From: Eutreptiella sp. 'Long Island Sound 2002'
Lineage: Eukaryota; Protista; Euglenida
Reading direction: 5' to 3'
Assembly (NCBI GenBank): GCA_964036045.1
Contig: OZ038378.1
Coordinates: forward strand, 29,822,001 to 29,886,000
DNA length: 64,000 bases
The notes below the pieces were generated by a model, which searched no databases, had not been told where the DNA came from, and was given only the letters and a program-made list of their open reading frames with translations. Positions 12,545-22,756 of the stretch are shown here, one piece after another (position 1 is the stretch's first letter; each line of letters opens with the position of its first letter). Position numbers and translations under genes: made by a program.

Positions 12545-13303
12545 CTACAACGCTTCGGGGTTCAACTTGCACCAGGACAAGTGCTGCTTGCGGTTGACCT
12601 CGTTGATGTGGCCCCGGAGGGGCATGGAATGCCTGACGAACTCGCAATCGATGGCAAAAATGGGATCCGACTTCCGAGCTACGCGCTGCGCACCACCAAC
12701 CGCAGCGGGCGGCCTTGGCGAGGGACCATCAAACTCGTAGTAAGGGCCGTCGGGAGCGACGTCTGCCGACTCATTCAAATACTTCACGATTGCCTTCAAC
12801 TTACAAATGTTGAATGCTGTTCCCGGAATGATGGTGTATTGCCACAGTTGGTGGCGGATGTCCTCCACAAGTTCGGGCCGACCAAAAGCCAACGAATGGA
12901 TGATCGCCAAACGCGTGGGGTCGTTGTCGAAACTATCCATGAGACTTTCAAGCAGCTTTGTGTGCGTCGTCTTAAACACGCGTTGCCTTGCCTGCGCTGG
13001 AATCTTGGTTAAGGGCAAGAGGCCCCCCAGCGCGCTTGGCCAAGCGAACAAAGCAAACATGTAGGTCAGCAGGTGGTGTGGATGCATCGTCTGTAGCTTG
13101 TCGGAAAACTCACTTATGAAAATAGGGTTAATGGCGCTTTTGTAGTCTTGAAATTTGTCGATGAAGACCAAATTGGCATTGTCTTCGGCGGGTGTCTTTT
13201 GTGCAATAATCAACTCGTTCATTGGCTGGTCAGCACGGAAGAGGGTCGAGTGGCACATCGTTCGGACGTTGAATCGCCCCTTTCCTTCGTTCTCAGAGTA
13301 ATC
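12545..13303 (-). CDS. NDUS1B: Exon 2 of NDUFS1 C-terminal-half gene (complex I 75-kDa subunit, molybdopterin-oxidoreductase-like part)
   Basis: Acceptor TCCATCCTTCTCCTTGCCTTAG|GATTAC at 13304/13303, phase 0, reading DYSENEGKGRFNVRTMCHS...KLNPEAL*. The C-terminal FAIDCEFVRHSMPLRGH...C resembles the NDUFS1 end (DFYMTDSISRAS...C). Confidence 0.6.
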   Translation of the reverse strand, partial: DYSENEGKGRFNVRTMCHSTLFRADQPMNELIIAQKTPAEDNANLVFIDKFQDYKSAINPIFISEFSDKLQTMHPHHLLTYMFALFAWPSALGGLLPLTKIPAQARQRVFKTTHTKLLESLMDSFDNDPTRLAIIHSLAFGRPELVEDIRHQLWQYTIIPGTAFNICKLKAIVKYLNESADVAPDGPYYEFDGPSPRPPAAVGGAQRVARKSDPIFAIDCEFVRHSMPLRGHINEVNRKQHLSWCKLNPEAL

Positions 13304-13671
13304 CTAAGGCAAGGAGAAGGATGGACATCTCGACGACAAGGCAGCGACCATGCCAGTGGCAGAAGAGAGCCTTGGTGGGGCCGCAGAGGGGCTTTGACTT
13401 GACAGCATCATGTCTGAAGGCGCTTGGCATTCGCTCGGAAATGACCGTCCACTTGTCTACCGCACAACATTCCACCTTGTTTTCTCCTCCTCTAATTACG
13501 AGGTCAAAATTGTGGCGTGAGCCATGACCACAATTCGTCAGACTCTGCCGCCGTTCTGCAGACTGGCACGGCCTGCGGGCGATACCTGAGGGAGCTGCAC
13601 ATCGCATGCGTATCACATCCACACCACAGTGAACACGACTTCCGAAACATCATGTGAAACAATGGGCGCAC

Positions 13672-14487
13672 CTGACGTTGGACGTTTGTCAGCACGTTGA
13701 TGTTGTAATTGTTTTGCGGACCAATCATGTCAGAAATGGGGGGGAAAGGATATGCATTCAGCGCGTTGTACGAGACGGGGTGACGCGACAAATACGAGAA
13801 CCGAACAAAGCTTTGGTCACCGAGAACATTTTCAATTTGGTCGAAGATTTTATTGTAATTGGTGGGAAACATTTCAAGAAAGTTGTCCGAGAACATCACG
13901 TACACGTTGCTGCCACGTGTGTCCAATTTGGGGGCTTTGCTGAAGATGTTGGTGCGCCCTTCGAGCCAACCCATAAACTCCTCAACCCCTCCCACAGGCT
14001 TAATCCCACCGCGAGCGTTTTGCACGTGTCCAAACGTGAATACGTTGCAATCGGACGTAGGCCCAACCATTATTTGCGTGAACAAGTCAGGGCACTCTTG
14101 CTGCACGTCCGTCCAGAGCCAAATATATATGGACCGCGAGGAGTAAGAAGATTCCGTGTACTTCAACTCCGAGGGGACAGCAAACCGGTTGCGCTGAGCG
14201 GCAAGGTGGCCGTAATATACGTCACCCGACTTTGCAGGTTTCACGCTTACTCCGAGCTTAGAAAGCCTCAACCGATCGACCATGGTATCCGCCAACTGGC
14301 ACATACTTAGGTCGGACTTCTCACCAAGAACGACCTTCACACCCAACTTGTTGTTATTCTCTGCTCTTAGATCCTTGAAAGACTTCTTGCCATTTACCAA
14401 AGCGTGAAGCTTTTGAAAAGCAGGGGCGTACTTGTAGGAATGTTTTCGGACCGTCAAAAATTGTCGGAGGACCTCGTTGCCCGACAT
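13672..14487 (-). CDS. NDUS1B: Exon 1 of NDUFS1 C-terminal-half gene
   Basis: ATG 14487 lies 15 nt after a pyrimidine-rich AG (14503). Donor CAG|GTGCGC at 13672/13671 is in phase with exon 2 (368-nt intron, ~524 aa total). GVKVVLGEKSDLSMCQLADTMVDRL aligns by eye with NDUFS1 [25 protein letters not shown], and LWTDVQQECPDLFTQI with VGTNPRFEAPLFNARI. Confidence 0.6.
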
Positions 14488-16677
14488 TTTCGGACGATAG
14501 ATCTGCGAAACGTGGGACATGAAGCCGGGCCATGAAGGCATCAACCGCAAATCTTTCAGACGCCAAACTTCAGAAACGTAGTGCAAGGCATATCCACCAC
14601 ACCAATATGCCATTTCGCTGTATGAAACACGAGACCTACCTGATATAAACCCTTTTACGTAACCTAAGTTGTGGACATGCTCATCTGCACTGCATCCACC
14701 TCGGAAACACAACCAGAATATGCTATAGCCCGTATAAAGTGACAAATGAAAACACACCGCTGGTGAAATTAGTCCCAATAACACAAGTGCACGCATAGTC
14801 CAGCTGCACCAGGCAATGCGGCCCCGAAGGGTATTTCTAGGAAAGTCTACCTAGATGCCCACACAAGCTGCACACCCGACCTTGGAATCAAAAAGACCTC
14901 GAAGGGTCGATTGCTAGATCGGTGAATGCCCTTCTCTATGGCAGTGCATTGTTCATTCTTCTTCATCCTCAACACGGCGGCACTGGGGGTTTGTGGAGCG
15001 AGCTGACAAATGCAAATGACCGTTCGTTGCTTGAGAACAAACAACCAACCAATATCCAACCAACATAAATTGGATGAGGAGCATTGGCATAAATATGAGG
15101 AATTCTACGACGTGCAGTGAAGTATGCAGGCGAAAATTCTGTAGAACCGTAACGAGGGGGTAGTTGGATAAGTAAGCGCCTTCGCCTTCAGTTCGGTCGA
15201 CGGGCCCCTCCAGGTGGAGGCAATGCCGAAACCACACAAATCTGATTCTAATTCTGCATTGTTTGAAACATGAAGATTACAAGTGTCGATGTCGAAGTTG
15301 ATGAACGCCGGGTACTGACCTCTCTCGTTTTTTGGCCTTTTGCCTTCAAGCGATATCACCAATGTAAACTGCAATAGAGCTCCAATTGTCTGAATCTTGA
15401 ATTCTTGAATTGAATTGAAAACCGGTGCATTGGTAACCGTCGCACTGGATCGATAGGTCCAGCGATGAAGGAAACTTGCATTGAACTCACGTGCACTCGC
15501 TTTTGCTTGATAGCCTTTCTTGGGTGGGAACGACAAATGGAAAGGAAAATGGACGAATGCCGCGTGTCCTTTCTCAAGCACCTGCGTGACATGAGCGTGC
15601 ATCTCTGCCTCAGCCTTTTTTTGTCCTGTTCGCTTTCCTGTCATTATTGAGGTGCATTTCAGCCCCCCCACGACGTCTCTTCACGTGTGAGGTGCACTTC
15701 TGGCGCGTGCGATTGTGGTGGTCTCGTGTGACATGACGGTGCATGGGGTTCCGCATTACACAGGTGGAACGTTGAGGACAAAGCAACCCCGCGCGTTCTT
15801 CGGGACCCCCCCCCCTCCCCCCAACGCTTTCTGTTCCGTTGAGCAGTTGCAACTTGCGATCTTGGTCATCACCTGGTTTGGAATCTCATATGAGACCCGA
15901 ACGATGTCGGTCTTGCACGCGTCCCACAAGGAGATCTTAGCGGCATGCATCACTGTGACTGGTCTGTGTCAAGTCTGACGCATTCGCAATTCGTCCCAGA
16001 CCTCTGCAGTTTCCCTCTAAGTGCAGTGGCGCAAAAATAGAACCAAAACAGGCTGACCCTGGTGAGAGGACCTCCAGCGCAACCTTCACGCAAGCGCGAG
16101 ATCATGGCGGAGTCGGTCTTGAGCCTCGTGCCGCGGGGCTCGGGGCGACTTGGGTATGGGGAGACCTCCCGCCTTTCCCTCACGCGCTATGCCAACCTCC
16201 CAAAGGCGAACGCCGAAAATTGGTCTGGCTGGACCTGACTCCAAAGCTGCACTGTGGTAGTAGTTGCAACTGTCGTGTCAGGTCAGATCCTCCTTGAAAG
16301 CCTTGAACCACCCCGGGTTCCTGTATTTCGTGTGGGAAGCAAGCGAGCTCCAAGATTCTTGGCCAGGCTCGGTAACAAAAACTCTTCTGAGCACGACTTC
16401 TTTGGCACTTGCTCATCGCCGAAGGGGACATGTTCCAAGGAGGATGGTATCCCCAGATTCACGAGGGGACAGTTTAGCCAATCCATGTCACCGAGTTTAT
16501 GCAAAGTCTCTTCTCGATCACCCTGAAACCCCTTCGGTGGTGGGGCTGGGAAGCTCACGTTGTGAGTGTCTAATTTTGATCGACCCTCCCACTGCTGCTT
16601 TGCTCTGCGGCGTTGTTGCGTTGTTGTTGCGTCACACACCCGTACGACTGCAGGTGATGTAGTAGATATCAAACGTC

Positions 16678-18315
16678 ATGTCTGTTGAGATTCAAAAGCG
16701 GATCAAGGATGATCAAGAAGATGTTCAGGCGTACATGGAGGAACTCAACAGTTGGGAGAGCGAGATCGTCCAAAAAGATGAAGACCTGAAGAAGAAAGCG
16801 GCCAATAGCATCGCCGCGTTCCCGCCCGTTCGAGGAACGAAAGAGTCGGAAATTCCGAGGATGTCCGAAAAGGAGGAAAAGGCGTTGCAGGAGAAGGAGT
16901 TGGGCAATACCGCTTTCAAGCGCGGTAAGTTGGAGGTGGCCTTGCGTCACTACACAAAATCCTTGGAGTATTGGCCTGGATCGGCGGTGGTGTACAGCAA
17001 CCGGGCACAGGTGTTTCTGAAACAAAAAGAATGGAACAGTGCGAACAAGGACGCTTCCACTGCCATCAAGCTCACCAGCAGCGCGGTGAAAGAACAATGC
17101 AACAACGACAATGCGAAGGCGTACTATCGCAGAGCTGTGGCACGGCATAATTTGGGGTTGTACAACCAAGCCAAAGCCGATTTGCAAGCGATTTTGGCAT
17201 TCGACCCGATGCACAAAGAAGCGAGAAACGAACTCAAAAAAGTCGAGGATGCGATTCGGAAAGTCGACGAGGAACTGGAAGAAAAGAAAGGGCGGAAGAA
17301 GCTCGTCATCGAGGAAGTCGACGACGACGACGACGATGATAACGGGGCACAGGCTGCAGGCGGTGCGGCATCCCCACAGAAGAAGGGGAAGTCCGTGGTT
17401 ATTGAAGAGGTCGATGATGACGATGACGAGGAGGATGTGCCAGTGACAATCAAGGAAACAGCTGCCGCCAGTCCGGCACCGAAGCCCACCCCGAAGCCCA
17501 TCCCGAAGCCCGCGCCAAAGCCGACACCGAAGCCCACGCCGAAGCCTGCGGTGCCGTTCAAACCAAAGACCGCGGCGGAGGTCAAACGAGGAGGGCCTAT
17601 GATCATTGAGGAAATTGAGTCTGATGACGAGGAGGTGGTGCCTGTGCCGATCAAGAAGAGCGACCCCAAACCCCAGCCGGCCAAGGAACCCGCACCAAAA
17701 GTGACCAAGGTCGCGATCGAAGAGGTTGATGATGAGGAAGATGAGGAGGAGGAGGTTCCAATGAAAAAGTCATGGCAAACCCCGAAGACGGACCCTCCTG
17801 CACCGAAATCCGCCGACCCTTGTGTTCCACCTTCAACAGTCAATAAGCCAACCAGTAAAGAACTGCCTGCAAAAGCAGCGTCACCACCACCACCAGCGGA
17901 TCGGCCGACGAAGTCACCCTTGGCGGACCGTGCCCCCACCAACTTCTTTGAATTTGATGAGGTTTGGCGTGAGTTGAGAAAGGACGACGCCCTTCTGACC
18001 ACGTACCTCCTCAAAATTGAAGCCACGTCCTACAAAACTTTATTCAAGAGCAGCCTGAGCTACGATGTCATCCAGGATGTGATCCGCTGCTTTGATAAGA
18101 ACCTCGGTGAAACCCCAAGCGAGGATGCTTCGTACCATGCGCTCCGAGTCCTTTACAACCTGTCTCAAGTGCCCCGCTTCGGAGAATTGGTGATGTTTCT
18201 GTCAAAGGAAGACAAGAGTAGAGTGGATTCTTTGTTTGCGAAGGCGAGCGCTTCAGGGCTGGCGGAGGAAAAGGTGAAGAAAGCGCGTGCCAAGCTGGCG
18301 AGCTTTGGGCTTTGA
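16678..18315 (+). CDS. RPAP3: RPAP3/SPAG1-family R2TP co-chaperone (N-terminal helix, one TPR domain, acidic/PKP linker, RPAP3_C domain)
   Basis: 545-aa intact ORF. N-terminus EDVQAYMEELNSWESEIVQKD; TPR KELGNTAFKRG...YSNRAQ...KAYYRRAVAR; C-domain APTNFFEFDEVWREL...LFKSSL...PRFGELVMFLS. Confidence 0.85.
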   Translation: MSVEIQKRIKDDQEDVQAYMEELNSWESEIVQKDEDLKKKAANSIAAFPPVRGTKESEIPRMSEKEEKALQEKELGNTAFKRGKLEVALRHYTKSLEYWPGSAVVYSNRAQVFLKQKEWNSANKDASTAIKLTSSAVKEQCNNDNAKAYYRRAVARHNLGLYNQAKADLQAILAFDPMHKEARNELKKVEDAIRKVDEELEEKKGRKKLVIEEVDDDDDDDNGAQAAGGAASPQKKGKSVVIEEVDDDDDEEDVPVTIKETAAASPAPKPTPKPIPKPAPKPTPKPTPKPAVPFKPKTAAEVKRGGPMIIEEIESDDEEVVPVPIKKSDPKPQPAKEPAPKVTKVAIEEVDDEEDEEEEVPMKKSWQTPKTDPPAPKSADPCVPPSTVNKPTSKELPAKAASPPPPADRPTKSPLADRAPTNFFEFDEVWRELRKDDALLTTYLLKIEATSYKTLFKSSLSYDVIQDVIRCFDKNLGETPSEDASYHALRVLYNLSQVPRFGELVMFLSKEDKSRVDSLFAKASASGLAEEKVKKARAKLASFGL

Positions 18316-21300
18316 TCTCGTTCAAGGGATTTCCAAACCACTAGTTGGTTGCTCTGGAACCTGGAGGGCGACAGGTTGCACAAGGATGCAGATTTATAAA
18401 TATGTGCACATGGTGGCCTAACTTCATATTTGTATTCGTTTTGTGTTTGCCTGCCCTTGTGGCGTTCTTGCCAAGAGGCTTGATACTCTCCAACCGATTT
18501 TACCATCTCTCGAGTGGGTGGGGGGGGGGGGGGGCCGCGATGGTTGACGGCTCTGATTTATATGTGCAGACAAAAGGAGCGTTCTGCTAATGGGTCGGGT
18601 CGCATACAACAAAAGCCAGATATTTATTTCTGCCAAGGTGATCAATCGATGGTAGGGAACATGCGTCAGGGGGGACTTGGGAATAACAATTGTCTTTCGC
18701 TTGACAAAGAACCAATTACGAACACATAATCTCCATGGCTCACAGGTTTTGTCCTGTCAAGGCATTAATAATATTCCAACATCATGACAGTGCTGCATGA
18801 TTTGTGTGCATTTTGCATTTCTCATTTTGAGGTATGTCGTGACATGATTTCCCATAAAGTTGTCCAAAGCTGCGCACTGTTGTATTTACGAACAAGGCAG
18901 GTGCTACTCCGCAGCATATCTGATCCTCCCATTTGACACTGTCTAACCAGCATATTTCCGTGTTGTCTTCCAGATGTTGCCATCAAGTTGTGATGGTGCA
19001 ATGAGCAGGAGTAGCATATCATATGACAAACCGTAGGCAAGTCTCATTGTTCCTCAAAATTGTTGCATTGCACATGTATGCACGTGCATGATGGTGGTTT
19101 TTGCATCCTCAGGGTGCCACGTGCTGCTCGCCAGTATCACACAAGTGCAAACAGGGTTCACACCAAAGGGAAAAAATCTCGAAATCCATTAGCCCCATCA
19201 ACTCCACTAACTCCGCCACAGTTTGTTGACCTTCCGGACCTCCAATCATCTCCCGAAAGGTCCAAGTTTTGGTCGCAAAACCCGGCCTCCTTACATGTCA
19301 TTCACATTCATGGGAGATTTCAACCGAGCAAGCACCGAAGTGCACCGGACCTCTGAAATTGCACACAATTGTTTGGTCTGACAAAGAATATTTATGACTG
19401 AGAATTTCTTTATTGAGTTGTGCTATGTGGCTGAATATGGGTCTGCTGTGCAGGCACTCTCGTGCCGTCATTTTATGTGCTGCCCCTCGTGCACGGACAG
19501 GTGTTGTTGCACGTACCCCATATGCCATTGAACCTAGCTGCAAATGCATCGCTGATCTGATGCGTTCATTGCCAGCGTCCAAAGGACACATTGCCCAGCG
19601 TCTGTGCACATTGCTACGTCAGAAGGCATCATGAATGGTGCGCAGATTGGAATACCAACCGGCTTGTATTGCAGAGCATCGCCACCCTCCCACCATCTGG
19701 TGAGAGGTGAGGGGGTGAGAGGTGAGGGCAGGGGTGGCCTTTTCTTCCTCGTGTAGTTCTTGCATGTAATTGCTGCATATGATTAGGATGTTGCACCCTT
19801 TCCACCGCAAAACGGTCAACTGTAGTGTCCACCCACAGACCTTTTGCGAACGGTGCCTAGTGCTGACTTCGGCTTTTGACAAGCTTTTTCTCTCCTTCTT
19901 GTGAACAACATGTGCTGAATGTTGTGCTGATGTTGTTTCAACCAACCAACAAGTGACGGCTCACACGTCGCCGTGCGGGGGGGGGGGGGGGTCAGCGCCT
20001 TGATGATTCATTGCAGAGAGCATGGGATGAGAGTGACCATGAAGGACAAAGTTGGCAGGAGCAGGATGGTGTTTTGGTGGACATGTGTGGACAAACGAAC
20101 AAGGGCATTCTAGATGTGTCCAGGCGGATGTCGGGAGGTGACAACCATCGTCAAATTACAGCCAAGATTCAACTTCTCCAAGATACGCAAGGTATGTATG
20201 CTGTACTAATTTGGGACCCAGTTTACTTGGTTCCCGTTTCCAAATGTAAAGCGCCTTGTTCCATCTGGGGTTTGGTAAAGGTTTTAAGGGTAGTCATGTA
20301 TTGCAATGGATCTCATGCTGACCAGTTTTCTCCCCAGGAATTCAAAGTGATCTTGAGCCATGGCAAGGGTTTCAACTAGTGTTGCACCGACAGAAGCAAA
20401 AAGAGAATCACAGGAGCGAGCAGAGGGCTAGTGGCAGAAATGGCTCGCAGAGGAAGAGCATTGGCGTAGAGTATTGCAGCAAGTACGGCCTGTTTCAGAC
20501 TAGATCGCTGTTACAAGGTCTGTAGACAGGGTGCAACATTGGGCCCATTGTCGTGGGAACGAGCTACTGGGTAATTCCTTTGAAGTGTTGTTGCTGTATG
20601 ACAATATTTTGATTGATATTTCATCCGATTTCATGTGTCATGAGGTCCAAGGGGAGCTAAAGGCTCCAAACTATTTGCACATTGCGGCACGGAAATGTTT
20701 CGCACCGTCTGGAACAAAGCAACCCCCTCTCTTGGTCTCTTTGAGCATGTAAAGCATCTCTAACATAGTGGCGGATACTTTTGGAGGACATGACCTTTGT
20801 TGCCCTCTATGATGCTTTGTCCAAGGGTCTTTTCCAAGGTTGCCAACAACGTTCGCCAGCCTAGACATGATTACAAAAACCGGGGCCTACAGAGCATGGA
20901 TGTATTAGAAGGGCTGACAACTATAGGAGGACAACCCCCTCCCTTTGCCCCCATCCCTAGACCACCCCCCCCGCTCCTCCTTTTTGCATGTATGACATTG
21001 ACAATAGGGGTCGATTCACAATTTGGTTTCCTTCGGCGCAAGAGGATTTAATGGCGGCAAAGCTCATTAGTGTGGGATCTTGTCACACCTCCTCCTGCCA
21101 CTGCAGGGCGCCGTGCAGGCCAAACCTTTTGTTGTGCCACTCCGCCATGCCAATTTGTTGCAGCATGCAAATAGGCAAGCATCATGAAAAAAGTCACTGC
21201 CGGAGGGGTTACCAAAAAAATTTGCTCTTAGGGAGGGGGGATGGGGGCTTTTGAGCCCGGGAGGTCGGAGACGGGGTTGGGTTGGGTTGGGACAGGGCTT

Positions 21301-22756
21301 CGCAAAGGCAAGGATTGCAGGCGAGCGTGTCTTTCCCTGCACGGCACTAGTTCTGGATCCTGGCTGTCCGGTTGGGTACGTATCCCAAGGTGCTTCACCC
21401 GCACAAATTCTGAAGATATTTGAATGCCAATTGTAGGATTTGAACATTGGGGCTGCCTTTAGCGCACTGCGGGCACAGTGCAACTATTGGGGCGTCTAGC
21501 CGTACTGGAGAGCCATACTTTGTGATACTGTAGGCATCATTGTTGCCTTTAGCATAGGTTTTGATGATTCTTCCGCCGGGGATGTTGCATTTTTGGATTT
21601 TTACCCATTTCTACCCTTTTTTACATTTTTTTTTGGTTAGCTTCATCATAAACTCCCACACTTTGGTGTGGGCTTTTGAGTTGGGGTGATGGACTCTCAC
21701 GCTTTGGCGTGGCCCCTAGAGTTGACGTGACAGACCGCCAAACTTTTGCGCAACCACAGTCGAATGCCCTCTGTGAGGCCGCATCCCTGCTGTTGAGGAA
21801 GCGTGGTTGTACCACAAGTTGAAAACAGAGGTTGACGTGGATTCTCTTTTGCAGGAAATTTTGCCCCCCGGTCCAATTGAGGATGGGGTGGACCCGTCCA
21901 CAGCTTTGGGACTAGCTAATAGGGTGAGTGAGTTTTCAATTGAACAAAAAAGAGGTTTGTGCGTGGCTTTCCGCATTTTGCATGATGTTTTATATAAAGG
22001 GAAAGAGGCTTGCATTTATTTTGAGCTGTGGTAGTTTGGGTGACGTAAGTTCGGAGGCATTTGGGGAGCTAGGGTGGCCATATGTTGAAGGTGTTTAGAA
22101 GGGGTCGGGATGGGGGTTCTTCACAAAGGAATCTATCTAAAAGTAGCGTGCGGTGCAAAGGTTCCTGCATTGTGGGACGTCGTCGCACAGTTAATCGGAT
22201 ACTGGCACCGAGGCTTTGGGTACAGAGTAGCAGCAATAGCAATAGTGACGAGTGTAGGCCCGCGGTAAGGGGCAAGGCAAAGCATGGCGGCTCAAGCCCT
22301 AGAGGTGGCATTGTAAAATACGAGCAACAAAGGCAGCATGCTTCGGGCGTAAGACAAGGGTATGAATCTTGGTTCGCAAGATTTTGTCCGACCACACCAC
22401 TGTCCGCTCCGTGTCTATACTATTTTCGAGGGTAAACAAACTACGCTTTCACGTCTATTAACATCAAACTTGGTCAGCTTGTCGAAATAGATTCCGACAA
22501 AGAGGTGAGATTTACCTCCAACACTTCGCTTTACAAAAGAAACATGAAGTAATTGCTCGTACGCCTAAGGGACCCCATCCAAAGAAACCGGTCGAGCACA
22601 TCGATAGAACTGTGGTAAATTTACTCCGGATCCCAATGCTCGAGCTAGAAGCCAAAGACTGGCCAAAATTTCCGAGGCTTGCGTTCTGGTGTCTCACCAA
22701 TGTGTCTTCTTCACAAACAAGGGTTATTGCTTGTCAAATGCGCCTTGGCGGAAGTA

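Noticed and set aside
12545-14487. Isocitrate dehydrogenase-like protein or endogenous RNA-virus gene
   Set aside because: A local resemblance (YVMFSDNFLEMFPTNYNKIFDQI; CHSTLFR) lacks IDH catalytic residues. Several ordered NDUFS1-like segments plus a canonical intron explain the sequence better.
13504-14796. 430-aa ORF taken at face value with an N-terminal signal peptide
   Set aside because: Splice signals at 14503 and 13671 suggest both ends are read-through into non-coding sequence. The 14796 start is not excluded but is unsupported.
17124-18026. 300-aa minus-strand ORF; also 12446-13012, 13654-14310, 53494-54042 and many 33-40 kb ORFs
   Set aside because: Antisense or alternative-frame shadows of real or decayed coding sequence.
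18700-22420. Genes in the 19-22 kb region
   Set aside because: Short, stop-riddled frames with no recognisable motifs. It shares a ~40-bp repeat (21665-21730 versus 30296-30375), so it is probably old TE debris that I cannot classify.
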